Source of the DNA: Paraspadella gotoi | Lineage: Eukaryota > Animalia > Chaetognatha | Length of the DNA stretch: 26,109 nt | Direction of reading: 5' to 3' | Assembly (NCBI GenBank): GCA_051294375.1 | Contig: JBJCIZ010000861.1 | Coordinates: 1-26,109 of the forward strand | Part shown: positions 1 to 11,609 of the stretch, in pieces | How the letters are laid out: each line of letters begins with the position of its first letter | Position numbering within the stretch: position 1 is the stretch's first letter | Position numbers and translations under genes: made by a program | The notes under the pieces: model-generated | What the model was told of the DNA's origin: nothing | Seen by the model: only the letters and a program-made list of their open reading frames with translations | The model's database searches: none

Positions 1-241
1 GTTTTTCAGAATAAAAATTTATATATGGGTTATAGAGTAACATAAAAAAAATTTCGTCTATACAAATTTTTTTAGAAATGCCTAAATTTTCGTGAGAGCA
101 GGTGCTTAATTCAAATTTCTTAACCACCTTACTGAGGGAGGTTACCCCTAACTTGGCTCGTCGAAATTCATGGTTCCCCAAAAAAAATGCAAGACTTCAG
201 ATATTACTTCAAATTTAAAAAAAAGAATTTGATATCTAACT

Positions 242-246
242 AAAAA
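242..246 (-). terminator. Pol III terminator (T5) for tRNA-Asp
   Basis: TTTTT on the minus strand about 15 nt after the tRNA 3' end. Confidence 0.6.
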
Positions 247-260
247 GACTTAAAGAATAG

Positions 261-323
261 CTCCCCGGCGGGGTATCGAACCGCGGTCTCTCGCGTGACA
301 GGCGAGGATACTCACCACTATAC
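261..323 (-). tRNA. tRNA-Asp(GTC), 5' ~9 nt lost in the gap
   Basis: Minus strand reads GTATAGTGGTGAGTATCCTCGCCT-GTC-ACGCGAGAGACCGCGGTTCGATACCCCGCCGGGGAG. This follows the eukaryotic tRNA-Asp pattern (anticodon stem CTCGC/GCGAG, GTTCGA T-loop, G discriminator, no encoded CCA). The T-stem has one C.C mismatch. Confidence 0.93.
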
Positions 324-610
324 NNNNNNNNNNNNNNNNNNNNNNNNNNNNNNNNNNNNNNNNNNNNNNNNNNNNNNNNNNNNNNNNNNNNNNNNNNNNN
401 NNNNNNNNNNNNNNNNNNNNNNNNNNNNNNNNNNNNNNNNNNNNNNNNNNNNNNNNNNNNNNNNNNNNNNNNNNNNNNNNNNNNNNNNNNNNNNNNNNNN
501 NNNNNNNNNNNNNNNNNNNNNNNNNNNNNNNNNNNNNNNNNNNNNNNNNNNNNNNNNNNNNNNNNNNNNNNNNNNNNNNNNNNNNNNNNNNNNNNNNNNN
601 NNNNNNNNNN
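324..610. other. Assembly gap (287 N) between the two tRNA fragments
   Basis: Run of N. Confidence 1.
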
Positions 611-646
611 TACAGTCCTCCGCTCTACCAACTGAGCTATCAAGGG
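611..646 (-). tRNA. tRNA-Tyr(GTA), 5' half only (rest in gap)
   Basis: Minus strand reads CCCTTGA-TA-GCTC-AGTTGGTA-GAGC-G-GAGGA-CT-GTA: acceptor 5' strand, intact D-arm/A-box, and anticodon GTA at 611-613, matching the eukaryotic tRNA-Tyr 5' exon pattern. Confidence 0.88.
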
Positions 647-1004
647 AGATTTTTTTAATTGCAAGTTCGATTGGATTGCTCCCATGTTTTTCTTCCTAAA
701 TGTAGAATTCTCATTAATTCTTACGCTAGAATAAAAAAATTAGCTAAAGAATGCATTACCACTTATAAAAGAAATTTTTGCAGGTATCTCAACTTCAAAA
801 TATTCATCCTTCCTCATGAATATTTTTTTAAGTTTTTATTTTAGATGTGATTATTCATTTTAAATCATTCTAACATTAAAAAAGCATGAGAAAATAATAA
901 AAAATAGAAAAGAAAAAACTTAGAGAAACTGTAGGAGAGAGAGAGAAAAAGAGTCTGAGCAGTATTTCGCACCCTAGACCCGCGACGATCGCCCGTCGGT
1001 AGAG

Positions 1005-1029
1005 NNNNNNNNNNNNNNNNNNNNNNNNN
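1005..1029. other. Assembly gap, exactly 25 N
   Basis: Run of 25 N, same length as 5485-5509 and 19541-19565. Confidence 1.
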
Positions 1030-1470
1030 AAAAAGAGAGAGATGGAAGAGGATAATGAGAGAGGGAAGCAAAATGGAAGAAAAGGAATGGAAGTGAGAGA
1101 GTGGATAGCGTTAAAGGAGTAATAAGGAATGGAAGTGAGAGAGGAAGCAAAGGAGAAAAGGAAGGAGGTAGTGACAGTAGAAGAAGGAAGAATAAAAAAA
1201 AGGAAAAAAAGGGGAAAGAAGTGAGTAGATGTAAGCAAAGGAGGAAGACAATGAAGGTAAAATTGAGGAGGAAGATGCAAAAACTTTTTTCTCTTTCCTT
1301 TTTCCCATTCTCCTTCCTTTCTTTTCTTTTCTCCCTTTCCCTCGTTTTCCCTTTCTTTTTAGCCGTTTTCTCAACAATCTTTAAGACTAACTTTCTCCGT
1401 GCCTCCCTCCCTTCCTCCGTTTAGTTATGTCCTTCTATTCTGCTTCTTTCTCATTTCTTCTTCTGTTCCT
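1030..1470. repeat. Purine-rich then pyrimidine-rich low-complexity tracts
   Basis: GA-rich ~1030-1280 followed by CT-rich ~1284-1470. Confidence 0.8.
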
Positions 1471-1825
1471 TCGCTTAATCCTCAGCAAAACGAATTGAGT
1501 CCTCTCTCACTTTACTAGTATTTTTTTTTCCCTAATCTTCGTCCAACTTTTAGAATGAAGTAAAATACCTTTTCTTTTACTGTCCATTGCATTTGTTTAT
1601 GTAGTGGATTTAGACAGGATTTGTTTCTTTAAAGTTTGTTACTCTGTCTTATCTGACTGTGTGATAATGTCTTTCCTTGTCGATTCTGGTCTGTCAGTCT
1701 GTTCTGTTCTGTCTTTCGTAAGTTTATTATAAGCTGTTAATAGTGAGATGACACGTGGTATAGCAAGGATTTTTCTTTGGGTGTAGATAAGTTTTAAATA
1801 ATTCTATGAAAAAAAATGATTTATC

Positions 1826-1995
1826 GGAGAGAAAGTAAAGAAAGAATAGAAAGAGAATTAGAATAGAATGAAAGAAGAAAAGAAGATAAGATAAGAAAGA
1901 AAGATGAGAAAGAAGGAGAAAAAGAAGGAAAGAAAGAAAGAAGAAAGATAAGAAATAAAGAAAAAGAGAAAGAAAGAAAGACAGAAAGAAGAATA
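1826..1995. repeat. Degenerate (GAAA)n microsatellite
   Basis: Repeated AGAAAGAAAG units. Confidence 0.85.
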
Positions 1996-2383
1996 GCCTA
2001 GATTCGGATCCAGCCTTGAAATTTTTCTGCCCGCGATCCAAGATTGAGATTTCCATCTTTTTCTTCTTCAGATTGTTTGTTGGTGTTTTGTGCGATATTT
2101 TCATCCACTGACCCCGAGGGAGGTTTCGAGTAAGGGATAAAAGGAAGGGAGAGGGAGAGGTGAGCAAAGAAGAAGATGGGGGAGAGGGTAGGTTAGCGGG
2201 ATAGAGAAGGGAGGGGGGAGAAGTCAAGAGAGGAGAGGGAGGGGAGAGGAGAGGGAGACAGAGAAGAGATTGTGAGGGGAAGAGGGAGTGTTACGGAATG
2301 ATGAGACAGGGAGAAATGGGGAGAGAGTTGGTGGGAGGAATGATTAGTGGTTATCAGGGAACGGAGGTAAGCGAGTGAATCAC

Positions 2384-2671
2384 AGAGAGAGAAAAAGAAA
2401 AGAAGAGAGAGAGAAGAGAGAGGATGGAGAGAGAGAGGAGAGAGAAGAGAGAGAGAGAGTAGAGAGATAATAGAGAGAGAGAGCGGATGAGAAGAAGAGA
2501 GAGAGAGAGAGAGAGGAGAGAGAGAAGGAGATAGAGAGGAGAGAGGCGAGAGAGAGGAGAGAGAGAGAGATGAGAGAGATGAGAGAGAGAGAGAGACAGA
2601 GAGAGATGAGAGAGAGAGAGAGAAGATGAGAGACAGTGAGAGAGAGAGAGAGAGAGTAGAGAAAGAGAGAC

Positions 2672-2702
<31 letters not shown>
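2384..2702. repeat. (AG)n microsatellite, interrupted
   Basis: About 320 bp of AG dinucleotide repeat with single-base phase slips. Confidence 0.95.
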
Positions 2703-3550
2703 TAAGGACTTCGGCGACGCATTTCATTTCAAGAATTATTTTTTTTTCACTTTCATTTTTATTCCTTTCTTTCTTCTTTTCTTTTTCTTTTCTTTTTTCC
2801 CATTTTCAAAATTATGGGCCAATTTTCCTTTTTTCGAAAAGAGAACCCCAGATGTTTTTCTTTTTCTTCTCTTTTTTTTTTACCTTCATATTCTTTTTTC
2901 TTTATTTTACAAGGATTTTTTCCCTAATTTTTTTAAAATTTTTTTTTCTTTCTTCGTTTTTCGTGTTTTCTCCACTTTTTTTTTTTTAAGAAATTAAATT
3001 ACAATTTTTTCTCTTTCGAACTTTTTTTGTCTAAAGAACTCTGTTAGTGTTTCGCTTTAAAGCTTTAACTTTTATCTTTTGTGAAAATTAAGGTACGAAA
3101 GAAATAATTAAGGGGAGAAGAAGAAAAATTAAGGATAGAGAGAAATATATTAGGAGCAGAATAAGAATATTAATAAAGAGAAGAGAGAGAAATAAAAAAT
3201 CAAGAAAACATCTTGAGGTGATAAAATAAAATTCGATTGAAAGTTCGGGGAAAAATTTTAAAAGATTCGTTGATGAAAAGTAAAGTGATCGAAAGTAATC
3301 GTAGTGAAAGTGAATGTATTACTCATCAGTTGAAGAGTGAGCTTGATAAAGGACAGTTAAAAGATGATGGGAAAGTGAAAGTGGAAACATGAGAATAATA
3401 GAAACTCAACGGATACGATCTTCACAACGGGAGTGAAAGTGACCAGAAAGAAACTTCGAAGTCGGAAAAAGTTGTAAAAACTCGTAGATCCCGCGACTTT
3501 TTTTTCTTCTTATTGATAATCGATAACAAAGTTCTTGTTTTTTGTTTTGT

Positions 3551-3740
3551 TCTCTCTTCCTCTCTCTCTTGTCTCTGCCTCTCCTCTCTCTCTCTTTCTC
3601 TCTCTACTCTCTCTCTCTCTCTTCTCTCTCTCTCTCCTCTCTCGTCTGCTCTTCTTCTCTCTCGCTTCTGTGCCTACTTATCGTTCTTCTTTCCTCTTTC
3701 CTACTCCCTCCTTCCTCTTACCCTCATATCCTTCTCCTCT
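3551..3740. repeat. (CT)n microsatellite, interrupted
   Basis: CT dinucleotide tract. Confidence 0.9.
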
Positions 3741-4667
3741 GTAAATAAAACTCTCTCCAAAAGATGCTAGATCGAACGCAAAGGAAAGAAAAACAGAGTA
3801 TTTGTGAAGTCTTAAAGCAAAGAAAGGACAAGAAAATGAAAGGAAAAGACAAGCGAAGGACTAAATAAAGTCTTTCTTTCTTTTTTTTTTTGGAAAAAAA
3901 AAGAAACTAGAGAAATTATGAGATTTGTCTTTTTTAAAATTTACATTCACAGTTAAAAAAAAAGAACAAACTATAATCCGAAGATCGGCTAAAGTTAAAT
4001 AAAGAAATGTAGTTTAAAAACAGGAAAGATTGAATTACAAGCTGTTAAGACAAAAATAAGTCATTTTGCTCAGTTCTCGTTTATATTCAATATTATCGGT
4101 TGGCGTTGTCTATTTGTCTGTCCTGTTGATTCAGTTGCAGAACGGACGTTTGTTAAACACGCGTAACTACGTTGATTCATCCTGGAATTATTTTAGGTGT
4201 TGCTACCTTTGGTGTGTAATATTATACTAGTTCTTTTGTGTAGTGTATTGAATTATATCATATGGAACCTTCGTTCTGTTCTGTGGCAGACTTGGAACTA
4301 AAAACGGAAAGTAGAAGCATAACAATGATTCAACAATAAATAAATTAATAATAGGTCAAACCTTTTGGAATTATAAGAAGAGAAATTGATCAAATGCTTA
4401 ATTAGGTCCAGAGAAGCGCGATGAGCAAGAGAGAACGACCGGCCCAATAAAAGGAATGATAAATTCACGTGTGGGTGAGACTGATGATATATTAATTAAT
4501 AATTAAACTTGGATAATTAATAAATATTTTTTAAACAATCTCAGCTTATTGAAACAAAAATGTCGGAGAGAACAAAAATGAGATGAAAAATTCTACAAGA
4601 AGTTAAGTAAAAGAAATAAAAAAAGGAGACAATTTTCCACAAAAGTAGCGTAAAACGAAGAGAACAT

Positions 4668-4734
4668 CAGAGAGAGAAGAGAGGAAGAGAGAGAGAGAGA
4701 GAGAAGAGGAGTAGAGAGAGAGAGAGAGAGAGAG
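4668..4734. repeat. (AG)n microsatellite
   Basis: AG dinucleotide tract. Confidence 0.9.
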
Positions 4735-5279
4735 CATGGAGGTTTGGCGTCGACAATCGACCGAGCCGCGTGGGACAAAAGGCTTCCTTCTCTTCGCCGC
4801 TGCCCTCTCTCTGCTTATCTCTGCGGATCGATAGTCGAGGTTCATGCCGCTGTCGGTGACTCTCAAAAAATGAGCGAAGATCCTTCTCCTTCTGACAAAT
4901 CTATATGTGGAATACACTTACACGTTAATGTTATTAAAAAAACTTATCTCAATTTCCATATCCGCTTTGTACTGTTTAAAAAACTACAACTTTATAAACA
5001 CAGTTTATAAAGGTTCTTTTCGTTTGTTGCGATGTATTTGAAGAATTTCAAATATTTTTGTTTTTGTTTTTCTTGAACTTTTAGGAAAACAAAGCCAAGA
5101 AAGTGAATGAAAACAAGTTGTGCGAGAGAGAATAAGCGTTAGAGAGAGAGAGAGAGAGAGTCTCCTTCGCCCTCCAAGGAAGAATCCTCCACGGAAACGA
5201 AACTGCCGGAATTGTTGTTGTTTGTGTTGTTTATTAATCGTTTCTGTTTGTCGTGTAGTTAAGGAAATGGAAATTGAAA

Positions 5280-5292
5280 GAGGAGAGAGAGA

Positions 5293-5323
<31 letters not shown>

Positions 5324-5483
5324 TGAGAGAGAGAGAAGAGAGAGAGGAGATGCAGAGAGAGACGAGAGAGAGAGAGAGACAGATGAGGAGAGAGAGAAGA
5401 CGAGGAGAGAGAGAGAGAGAAGAGAGAGGAGAAGATAGAGAGAGAAGAGAGGAGAGAGAGAGAGACGAGAGAGAGGAGAAGAA
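5280..5483. repeat. (AG)n microsatellite running into a 25-N gap
   Basis: AG tract ending at gap 5485-5509. Confidence 0.95.
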
Positions 5484-5484
5484 C

Positions 5485-5509
5485 NNNNNNNNNNNNNNNN
5501 NNNNNNNNN
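5485..5509. other. Assembly gap, exactly 25 N
   Basis: Run of 25 N. Confidence 1.
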
Positions 5510-5954
5510 AAATTATCTCCCGCTGAAATGCAAATGCTGATTTTCAAGTTTACAATAAATTTCGATTTCTGACGTCGCAGAATATGGAAGAGAAAAAAAA
5601 TTGGTTCAAAACAAATTTGGTTGGTGAACGACGACCATAACAACGACAACCAAAGGAAAAACAACAACACAAAAAAAAAAGAATTCCAAACACATCCATA
5701 AATTCCGGGCATAAAACGCGTGAGGAATCAATGAAGAGGAACGCCCACCGTCTCCGCCTCCACCACAAACTTACGCCTCCAGTCGCCACCTTCGTCTCGG
5801 TGACTTTGGCGCGAGAAAGGAATCGGTCGTCGTGTAACTTTGTGGCGACGGTAACGTCGTGACGCTGGAAATGACGTTACGGTCTTTTTCTCTTTCGAAG
5901 TCTAAACTTGAATGGACAACAGCCGACGTCCCAGACAGCTTCACCGCTCCACCA

Positions 5955-5989
5955 CCCCACAACCCCACTGCCCCACAGCCCCACAACCC
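5955..5989 (-). repeat. 8-bp CCCCAC(A/T)(A/G) tandem, G-quadruplex motif on minus strand
   Basis: Minus strand GGG-TTGT-GGGG-CTGT-GGGG-CAGT-GGGG-TTGT-GGGG: five G-runs with uniform 4-nt loops. Confidence 0.8.
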
Positions 5990-6093
5990 ACAGTTTTCTC
6001 CCTCCCCCTAATTCCCCATTGGTTGCTCGGACCAAACAAGATGGAAAAAAGTTGGATCCTCGATGCACCTCGCGTCCGATTCGGAGAGACTGC

Positions 6094-6253
6094 TTTTTTT
6101 TTTTTTTTTTCTCTCTTTCCTTTCTTTCTCTTCTTTCTTTCTTTCTTTCTTTCCTTTCTTTCTTCTTTCTTTCTTTCTTTCTCTTTCTTTCTTTCTTTCT
6201 TTCTTTTCTTTCTTTCTTTTCTTTCTTCTTTCTTTCTTTCTTTCTTTCTTTTC
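6094..6253. repeat. poly(T) + (TTTC)n microsatellite
   Basis: About 160 bp of pure pyrimidine sequence. Confidence 0.95.
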
Positions 6254-6598
6254 AGCTTAATTTTATCATTTGTTTTATCTCTTTCCTTTTACTTTGTTTC
6301 TTTGTTTTTTCCCTCTTTCTTTTTTTCTTTCTTTTCCTCTTTCCCCCCCTTTTTTTTCCGTTTACAGCTATTTGTTTATCCGAGTTTTATCTCCCACGTT
6401 TACGATAAAACTTTTTTTCTTTGACCCTTGGTACAGCACGATTCGCATTTATAGATTAAATAACAAAACAGTGCAACTTTTTAAATCATTTATGGCAAAA
6501 ACATAGACCCGGTTAACATCGTTAAATTATGCATTTTGTCAAAAGACTAATATATTTTCCAATAGCTTTTTTTCTTTTTCACACCTCTTCATGATTTT

Positions 6599-6635
<37 letters not shown>

Positions 6636-8051
6636 CGTGCGCCCTCTCGCTCTCTCTTCTCATTCACCTTCCCTCTGCGCACAAAAAAAAAAGGAAATAA
6701 AAGGAAAGGAAAAAAAAATCCCGAAGCTCGCGATATGCCAGATTTGGCGAGACGTAGAGGACCCGTGGGAGTTGGAGGCGGAAGAGAGAAAAAGGGAGGA
6801 AACTGGCGAGAAAGAAGAAGAGCAGATCTTCGACCTGGAAGTCGGAGAGTCTGGTGCCGGGAGCTGGCGAGGAAATGGAATGCCTGGCATGAGGAATGGA
6901 ATAGGGAGAGCGGGCCAAAGAGCATTGGCATGGAGATTGGACTGGCATGGAGGGGGACTGACTTTGAAAACAGTGCCAATAACGTACATGGTATGCATGG
7001 CATGGCGAATTTTGGCCAGTTTTGAGCGAAAAGACAACGAAGTAAGCGGGAGATGCGGAAGTGTCTGGACAATGGACACTTAATGGCGTTTTTCCTATTT
7101 CCTTGCGTGTGAGATATGAACAGAAAGTAAAAGAAATCATTATGACTTTTGGCGCCATTATAATCTTAAATTTAAAAAGGGGCAAGGACTAAGCCATTTA
7201 ATTTCTAGTTTTAGACTTTGTTAAGTTTGTATCTCTATACGGTATTATACATTGTAGATATAAGTGGAAAAGACTAAATATTCGCGTCTTTGAAAAATGG
7301 AAGAAAGCAAAAGGACCGCGAAGGCCAGTCGGGCGCCGGGAGGCGGGAGGCGGTAAACCTGGCCAGGGACATCGTCTGAGAAGGAAACTGAAGATTCGCT
7401 TGATTAAATGCGAGGAGGAAAAAAAAAGGAAAAGGAAAAGAAAGTTGAGAGAAAAAAAAGATGAGGAAAAAGGCGCAAAGTTAAAAAGAGAAAAGGGGGG
7501 GAGGCGAAAAAAAAAGAGGAATAAAAAAATAAGAAATAAAAAAGAAAAAATGCCAGAAAAAAACTTCGTCTGGCATTCGATGCCAGAAATTTTTTTCTCC
7601 CGAAAGTTAAAGGTGAGGCGTGAAGAGTGAGTAAGAAAGTATGAAATTAAAGGTGGGGGAGCGAAATAAAATACCTGATAGAAGATGAATAAAAAGTAAA
7701 AAGTATGATCAAACAAAACGATGAAATAAAAGAATATACTAATGGAAGTGGCCCTTTTATATAATTGAAACATTCTTTGAAACATTATACCGCATATACC
7801 ACTTCATTGATAGGTACTTTGGGAGTGAATAAACTCGACTGCGAGAATGTTTTGATTCAATGCTTGCAGGGATCTGCTGTTTTATTATCTTTTATATTGG
7901 TTGTACCAATTACGTCGCATATATTTTATTGCACTTTGCAAACTAGTTTAAGAGTTGCTAATCATATAATTACTAACTATTTTTCTTCCAACTTCTTTCC
8001 CATTTTTCTCCATTTAAATCTTTAACCTCCGGACCCCTCCCGCTCGTTTTT

Positions 8052-8396
8052 NNNNNNNNNNNNNNNNNNNNNNNNNNNNNNNNNNNNNNNNNNNNNNNNN
8101 NNNNNNNNNNNNNNNNNNNNNNNNNNNNNNNNNNNNNNNNNNNNNNNNNNNNNNNNNNNNNNNNNNNNNNNNNNNNNNNNNNNNNNNNNNNNNNNNNNNN
8201 NNNNNNNNNNNNNNNNNNNNNNNNNNNNNNNNNNNNNNNNNNNNNNNNNNNNNNNNNNNNNNNNNNNNNNNNNNNNNNNNNNNNNNNNNNNNNNNNNNNN
8301 NNNNNNNNNNNNNNNNNNNNNNNNNNNNNNNNNNNNNNNNNNNNNNNNNNNNNNNNNNNNNNNNNNNNNNNNNNNNNNNNNNNNNNNNNNNNNNNN
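8052..8396. other. Assembly gap (345 N)
   Basis: Run of N. Confidence 1.
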
Positions 8397-8499
8397 CTCG
8401 AGGACATGAGATCGAGACACGGCGTGACAGGTCTGACGTTGAGACTTTGAATTCGCGACAAATAACGAGACGAGGGATATAGAAAAAAAAAAAGTTCGG

Positions 8500-8819
8500 N
8501 NNNNNNNNNNNNNNNNNNNNNNNNNNNNNNNNNNNNNNNNNNNNNNNNNNNNNNNNNNNNNNNNNNNNNNNNNNNNNNNNNNNNNNNNNNNNNNNNNNNN
8601 NNNNNNNNNNNNNNNNNNNNNNNNNNNNNNNNNNNNNNNNNNNNNNNNNNNNNNNNNNNNNNNNNNNNNNNNNNNNNNNNNNNNNNNNNNNNNNNNNNNN
8701 NNNNNNNNNNNNNNNNNNNNNNNNNNNNNNNNNNNNNNNNNNNNNNNNNNNNNNNNNNNNNNNNNNNNNNNNNNNNNNNNNNNNNNNNNNNNNNNNNNNN
8801 NNNNNNNNNNNNNNNNNNN
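8500..8819. other. Assembly gap (320 N)
   Basis: Run of N. Confidence 1.
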
Positions 8820-8953
8820 AGGCCTTCCTCATCGAATTTTGGCTGCATGGGTGGATCGGTAGTTTATCAGACAAGGAAAAAATATGGTTGGCGGTTCCAT
8901 TTATACATAGCTCTATTTATTTATCCTTAGATACTAAAAGGTATCATAGTGAA

Positions 8954-8972
8954 TTAGGTTAGGTTAGGTTAG
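8954..8972 (+). repeat. Short interstitial (TTAGG)n array
   Basis: TTAGG TTAGG TTAGG TTAG. Confidence 0.75.
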
Positions 8973-9248
8973 CCTTCTTTCGCTAGGAAACTGTATATAA
9001 AAACGCTCTAATTCATGTTTGATATTATTTACTTACTTTTCTTTAATCTAGAAACGAAAAAAAAAAGCCCCTAGGGATTTTTCGAAGCTCGACGTGTTTG
9101 TCGGTTTTCGCGAAAAACCCAAGATTAAGAGTCGAGGGAAATGAAAAAATAAAAACACAACAACAACAACGACAACAACGACAACCTGAAAAAAAAGGTT
9201 GCCAATCTGCAACTATCGATAAAAAATTGAGCGATATAATTAATTGTC

Positions 9249-9302
<54 letters not shown>

Positions 9303-9393
9303 CAATGAATACAGGAAAAGAATCTTATACGCAACTCTAGGGAGAGAAGAGGAAGATGAAACGAAGAAGCGGCAGCTCAAGTTTTTTAAACAC

Positions 9394-9521
9394 TTCTCAC
9401 CCCTTCCTCTCCCTTTCCACCCCATTTCCACCCCCTTTCCACCCTCTTTCCACCTCTTTTCCACCCCTTTCTTCCCGCCTTTCCACCCTCCTTCCAACTC
9501 ACTTTCCACCCCCCCTTCCAC
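9394..9521. repeat. Degenerate ~11-bp minisatellite (TTTCCACCCCC-like)
   Basis: About 10 imperfect TTCCACC-containing units. Confidence 0.8.
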
Positions 9522-9742
9522 TACCCAAGTTTCAAAACTCAGAAGCCTTCTGCATTCCTCCGTCGTATTTCCTCCTCCTTTCCCTTTTGTTTGCTTTTTT
9601 CCCCCATCGAGTCTCCAAGGGTTTTTCAGATTTTAAAACGTAGCCTCGCTTTGGTTTCCTCTCCGCCAGGCGGCGCTCGGAGTGCCGGCGGCAGCGTCAA
9701 AAAATGAACCGATAAAACGGTTGAGGTAGAGAATGCGAAGGA

Positions 9743-9773
9743 GAAATGGAAATGGAAATGGAAATGGAAATGG
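9743..9773. repeat. (GAAATG)5 hexamer repeat
   Basis: Five tandem GAAATG units. Confidence 0.85.
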
Positions 9774-10552
9774 GGACGAAGGGAAAGAAGAGAAAATAGA
9801 AAAGACGATGGAAAAGAAGAAGCGACGGAAAATTGTCAAATCAGAATTGAAGTAAAAAAGTAAAGAAGGGCGATATAAGGATAGAGAAAAGAATAGAAAA
9901 TGAAGGGACAAAAGTTGAAGCTGATTGGAGCGAAAGACGAAAAATTGGGGAAGATAGAAACAAAGAAATAATCTCGGCAGTAACCTACAATCCTACATCT
10001 TTACAAGTTGCAGTATTTTTAAAATTTATCATGTTTAATTTTTTTAAATTTCTCAAATTTATATTTTGGGGCGAACATAATTTGAGAATTATTCTTACGG
10101 ACACCATTCTACATTATATAGATTTCTCTTACATTAATTATAAAAGTAAACAGACTTGACGCTGAAGTGAAGTCTGCTCATGACTTTATCTCCATAAATT
10201 CTACTCAAAAATTCAAACTCAAAATTAAAGAGAAAAATGTAAAACATGTCGACAATTTTAGTCGTTGTCGCCGTCGTCATCGACTCGTCGTCGTCGTGGT
10301 CGTCGTCGTCTTTGTCCATCAATCATCCAATCAATCGGAAACTTGTTTTTTCTCATTGACGACTCATTTGGCAGGCGTCCTCTCGCTTTGTCTACAGCCA
10401 CGCCTACCACGAAGATAAGTAGAGACAGAAAAAAAAAAACAGAAGCGAATAAATTTACAAAGATAAGAGGAAGCATCAGCGGCGATGGCTTCCAACGCTT
10501 TCTCTCTGATTGCGAAAAAAACGTAAAACTTCTTAGAAATTACAACTGACGC

Positions 10553-10610
10553 GAGAGAGAGAGGAGAGAGAGAGAGAGAGAGAGACGAGAGGAGAGAGAG
10601 AGAAAGAGAC

Positions 10611-10651
<41 letters not shown>
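10553..10651. repeat. (AG)n microsatellite
   Basis: AG tract. Confidence 0.95.
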
Positions 10652-10655
<4 letters not shown>

Positions 10656-11514
10656 AAAATCTCTTTTCTCATGAGTTCTCACTCAATATATAAGTCGGTC
10701 GTGTAAAATGTAAAGTGTCTATGGCAAGAATTTTAGATTGTTTTTTTAGCTCTTCCGTTATCTGTGACGGTTTTTTCGCAATCTGCATCATCGGCTTCGC
10801 CGCAGCTGTCCCCTAGTCCGCGACGCAGCCACAGCTCCGTGCTGCTTGTCCAGCACCCCGCGCTGCACTCTACTGACCTTCACCACAATGACCCCGCGCG
10901 TCGCCGTCCTTTTCAGTTTCTCGGTCACCGATCACGACGTTCGGGCGAGTTCCACTTATTGCGGCCTCGTTGCGTCTCTCTTTGTCCCCTTAGGACCTCT
11001 ACGGACTTACGTCTCTTCCGCTTAGTTCGCGCGCCTCATTATTTTCAGCGCTTTAATATTGCCGCCTAGTTTCGGAAGTCATGTTTAAAAAAAATTATTA
11101 GTTGCCTTTTGAAGGCTATTTTCTCCAAAATGTAATAATAATATTTGTTGCATTTGAAATTATAAAATTTCGTCGACGAAATCGCGAGTTCGATCACAAC
11201 CCTCAATCTGCGCCCGACGTTTCATTTCTCCAGCGTCACACAAACAAACAATCAACTTCGCCAATTCTACTTCAATTCGCCACGCCCCCCTTACAGCCCC
11301 CTCCCCTTAAGCGGTCGGCCGCGCCCCCCCTTTTTCACTTCGCGTCAACAAAACAAACAGAGAAATAAATCACGTCGTCCGATCAACTCTACCCTGTCCA
11401 TCACCAAACCCTCTCCAACGGCCACCCTCATCAACTTCTACTCTTCCACTTCGAAAAAAACGGGTTTTTTTTTTTCGAAACCACCCTTCCACCCAAACTA
11501 TCAAACCACCCATT

Positions 11515-11515
<1 letters not shown>

Positions 11516-11561
<46 letters not shown>

Positions 11562-11609
11562 TCTCTCTTCTCTCTCTCTCTCTCTCTCTCTCTTCTTCTC
11601 TCTCTCTCT
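11516..11609. repeat. (CT)n microsatellite
   Basis: CT tract. Confidence 0.95.

Noticed and set aside
6591-7083. Overlapping 144-148 aa ORFs in a purine-rich, GC-richer island
   Set aside because: Several frames are open because of composition, no family is recognisable, and the starts lie in microsatellite. An exon cannot be excluded without RNA-seq.
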